DNA from: Podarcis bocagei
Taxonomy: Eukaryota
DNA: 64,000 nucleotides
Direction: 5' to 3' (one strand)
Assembly: GCA_964188305.1 (NCBI GenBank)
Contig: OZ076901.1
In this document: piece after piece, positions 61,800-64,000 of the stretch
Position numbering within the stretch: position 1 is the stretch's first letter
Layout of the letters: the number at the start of each line of letters is the position of its first letter
The notes under the pieces: model-generated
The model's input: only the letters and a program-made list of their open reading frames with translations
Told to the model about the DNA's origin: nothing
Databases searched by the model: none
Program-made: the position numbers and the translations under genes

Positions 61800-62505
61800 T
61801 GTGAAGATTATAAAGGGTCTGGAGACCAAACCTTATGAAGAATGGTTGAGAAAGTTGGGTATGTTCAGCCTGGAGAAAAGTAGAAGCTTGTTTTCTGCTG
61901 CTTCCGAAGTTAGGACTCAAACCAATGGATTCAAATGACTAAAAAAAAAAAAAGAAGAAATTCCAGCTAAACACTTTCTGGTGTTGGGCTAATCGAGAGT
62001 GGAATGGAGAACCTTGTAAAGTGGTGGTTTTAAATAGAGGTTTAAACAGAGGCCATCTGCCAGGGATTCTTTACCTGTGATTCCTTCATTGCAGGGAATT
62101 GAACTGTTATTATTGTTTTTGTTTTTAGTATATTTATACTCCACTTTTTATCCCCAGTGATACTCAAGGTGGCTTACAGATAAAAATTTGTTGTTGTTGT
62201 TGTTTAGTCGTTTAGTCGTGTCTGACTCTTCATGACCCCATGGACCAGAGCATGCCAGGCACTTCTGTCTTCCACTGCCTCCCGCAGTTTAGTCAAACTC
62301 ATGTTGATAGCTTCGAGAACACTATCCAACCATCTCATCCTCTGTCGTCCCCTTCTCCTTGTGCTCTTAAAAATAAGAACCACTAAAACATTGAAAAAAT
62401 GATAACTTAAAAAAACAATTAAACATTGATCCATATGGGACTGCTGCATATTCCTGCTTTGCAGGGTGTTGGACTAGATGATTCTTCCAACTCTATGGTT
62501 CTATG
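61800..62505 (+). mobile_element. CR1 3' end fragments, interrupted by an L2 tail and BovB
   Basis: AAGGGTCTGGAGACCAAACCTTATGAAGAATGGTTGAGAAAGTTGGGTATGTTCAGCCTGGAGAA (KGLE.K.YEE.L..LGMFSLEK); CR1 terminus TTCCAACTCTATGGTTCTATGA. Confidence 0.75.
62188..62365 (-). mobile_element. BovB 3' end
   Basis: TRRRGRQRMRWLDSVLEA..VHGVMKSQTRLND; (CAA)n tail. Confidence 0.9.
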
Positions 62506-63862
62506 AGAGAATTAAAACTATATACATATATAAAATCTGTTTAAAATATACCAATAATTACAATAAAAACAGCACAGACCATATGACCCACGAGGTCTTC
62601 AATTCTATGATACTCTGATTATATTTAAAATCAAGGCAAAGACCAGTCCTATCGTTCTAGACAATATCTATGGCTTTTTCCCCCTTTTACATTAGGCCCA
62701 TAAAGTTATTGCCTTGGCCAAGCTCAAGTCCACTGCTGTCTCCTTTGCTTAAAGAACATTTGCTTATTTCAAGGTCAAACCCAGTTAACTTGCTGCATGA
62801 ATTAATATTTTTAGATCACAATGTCTAGTTTCCTCTAGTGCCCCAGCTATTTTGCATACTAAAGTGGAGTCTTAAAATGGATCCATCTTAACAAATAAGT
62901 TGTAGAAACTTTTAACAAGATATCTAGCAGTCCTCATCTGCCCCACTTTAATAAGGGTTTTACCACTCTTATAAGGTTAAATGTTTGCCACAGTGATGCA
63001 TTAATAACTCAAAACCTTTAATTATGTCAGTGCCCCATTTAATTAAACCCAACATGATAAACTGTCAGCACTTCCATTATGAACCCCTATTTTGATTGGC
63101 TTATAATGCAGTGATAAAAATTCATTTCATGCTCCAAAATGACATACAAGGTCTCCACTTGAGAGTGACGGTGGTGGTTATTACTGTTATATATAAACAG
63201 CTGTATCCATTTGGCATTTGCAAACAATGTGTGGTTTAAAGGACAAAAACATTAAAAAGAGCCTGGCATTGTGTTTGGAAAGGGCAAATCTTTTAAACAT
63301 TTTTTGCACAATTTCCTACTCCCCATCCAACCTTGCCTATATTTCATCCAACTGAATTAGATATATGTGTGTGCTGTGGTCTTCTAATTGGTTTATATGC
63401 ATCCGAATACCTTGTCATGGCCCAGAAGTCCTCAGAATATTGACTTATAAACCAGTAACCTGGTCACTGCAGTTTGGATCAATTGAAGTTTCTGAGTTGT
63501 CTTCTAGGGCAACCCCTGACAGAGTGTCTTGCAATAATCCAGACTGGAAGTTAGCAGAGCATGGAGAACAGTGGCCAAACCATTTCTGCCCCAAATGGGC
63601 CATAAGTGCTTCATAACTAGACGTCTCTGGGCAGCTGACTAACTATGCAAGTGAACAAAAAGTACAAAATTATTTAAAAACAAACAAAGCTAAAATACAA
63701 CTAGTACTTAATTTAAATCTTAGATGCCCAGATTAACCTAAGAGTAACCTTAACCTCCGGTTGTTGCTGAGCTACAATGACCACCATTCTGATCACTAGC
63801 TATTCCATCTAAACTTGATGGCCAATGAAGTCTTACCACATCTGGAGAAGCAAAGTTATTTG

Positions 63863-64000
63863 CAGTGGTTTTTTTCTTGGGGCATGCAGGGGTACGCATA
63901 CCCCTAAACATTTTGTGAATCTTTGTACTTTTGCCCATTTGATATATTTATTTTCCCCCGATTTGAACTATAAAATGGTAATCTTCTTGAGTCAAAATGA
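63863..64000. mobile_element. Probable hAT-type MITE running off the window end
   Basis: CAGTG start and internal palindrome AGGGGTACGCATACCCCT. Confidence 0.45.

Noticed and set aside
1-64000. CRISPR arrays, rRNA or prokaryotic systems
   Set aside because: Vertebrate repeat landscape with no regularly spaced repeat-spacer arrays or operon-like ORFs.

Overview
Non-coding, repeat-rich vertebrate DNA, almost certainly from a squamate and probably a lacertid lizard (Sauria/Squam1, Squam2 and Squam3 SINEs, BovB 3' ends, squamate L2/CR1, Penelope remnant). It has two N gaps. No intact host protein-coding exon is supported; the ORF-track hits with recognisable motifs are decayed L2, CR1 or BovB pieces. 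There is one candidate 5'UTR exon (18591-18719, +) and several repeat-free stretches that may be conserved non-coding elements, so the window may be intronic in a large + strand gene. The main result is six diverged copies (A 1-438, B ~10365-11124, C 45523-46336, D 54744-55603, E 58124-58917, F ~61040-61765) of a ~0.8 kb element. The three copies with defined ends lack TG..CA termini and are flanked by 3-bp AAA/AAT duplications. The layout, most complete in C, is terminal hairpin, CCAAT/TATA promoter, structured RNA domain, then AATAAA. Every copy keeps a helix / U-rich internal loop / helix motif whose lower stem shows compensatory changes (U-A, A-U and C-G at one position). This is the architecture of an ENE, a poly(A)-capturing triple-helix RNA stabiliser. 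The ENE function and the element class are inferences that need testing. Repeat family names come from recognition, not a database search.
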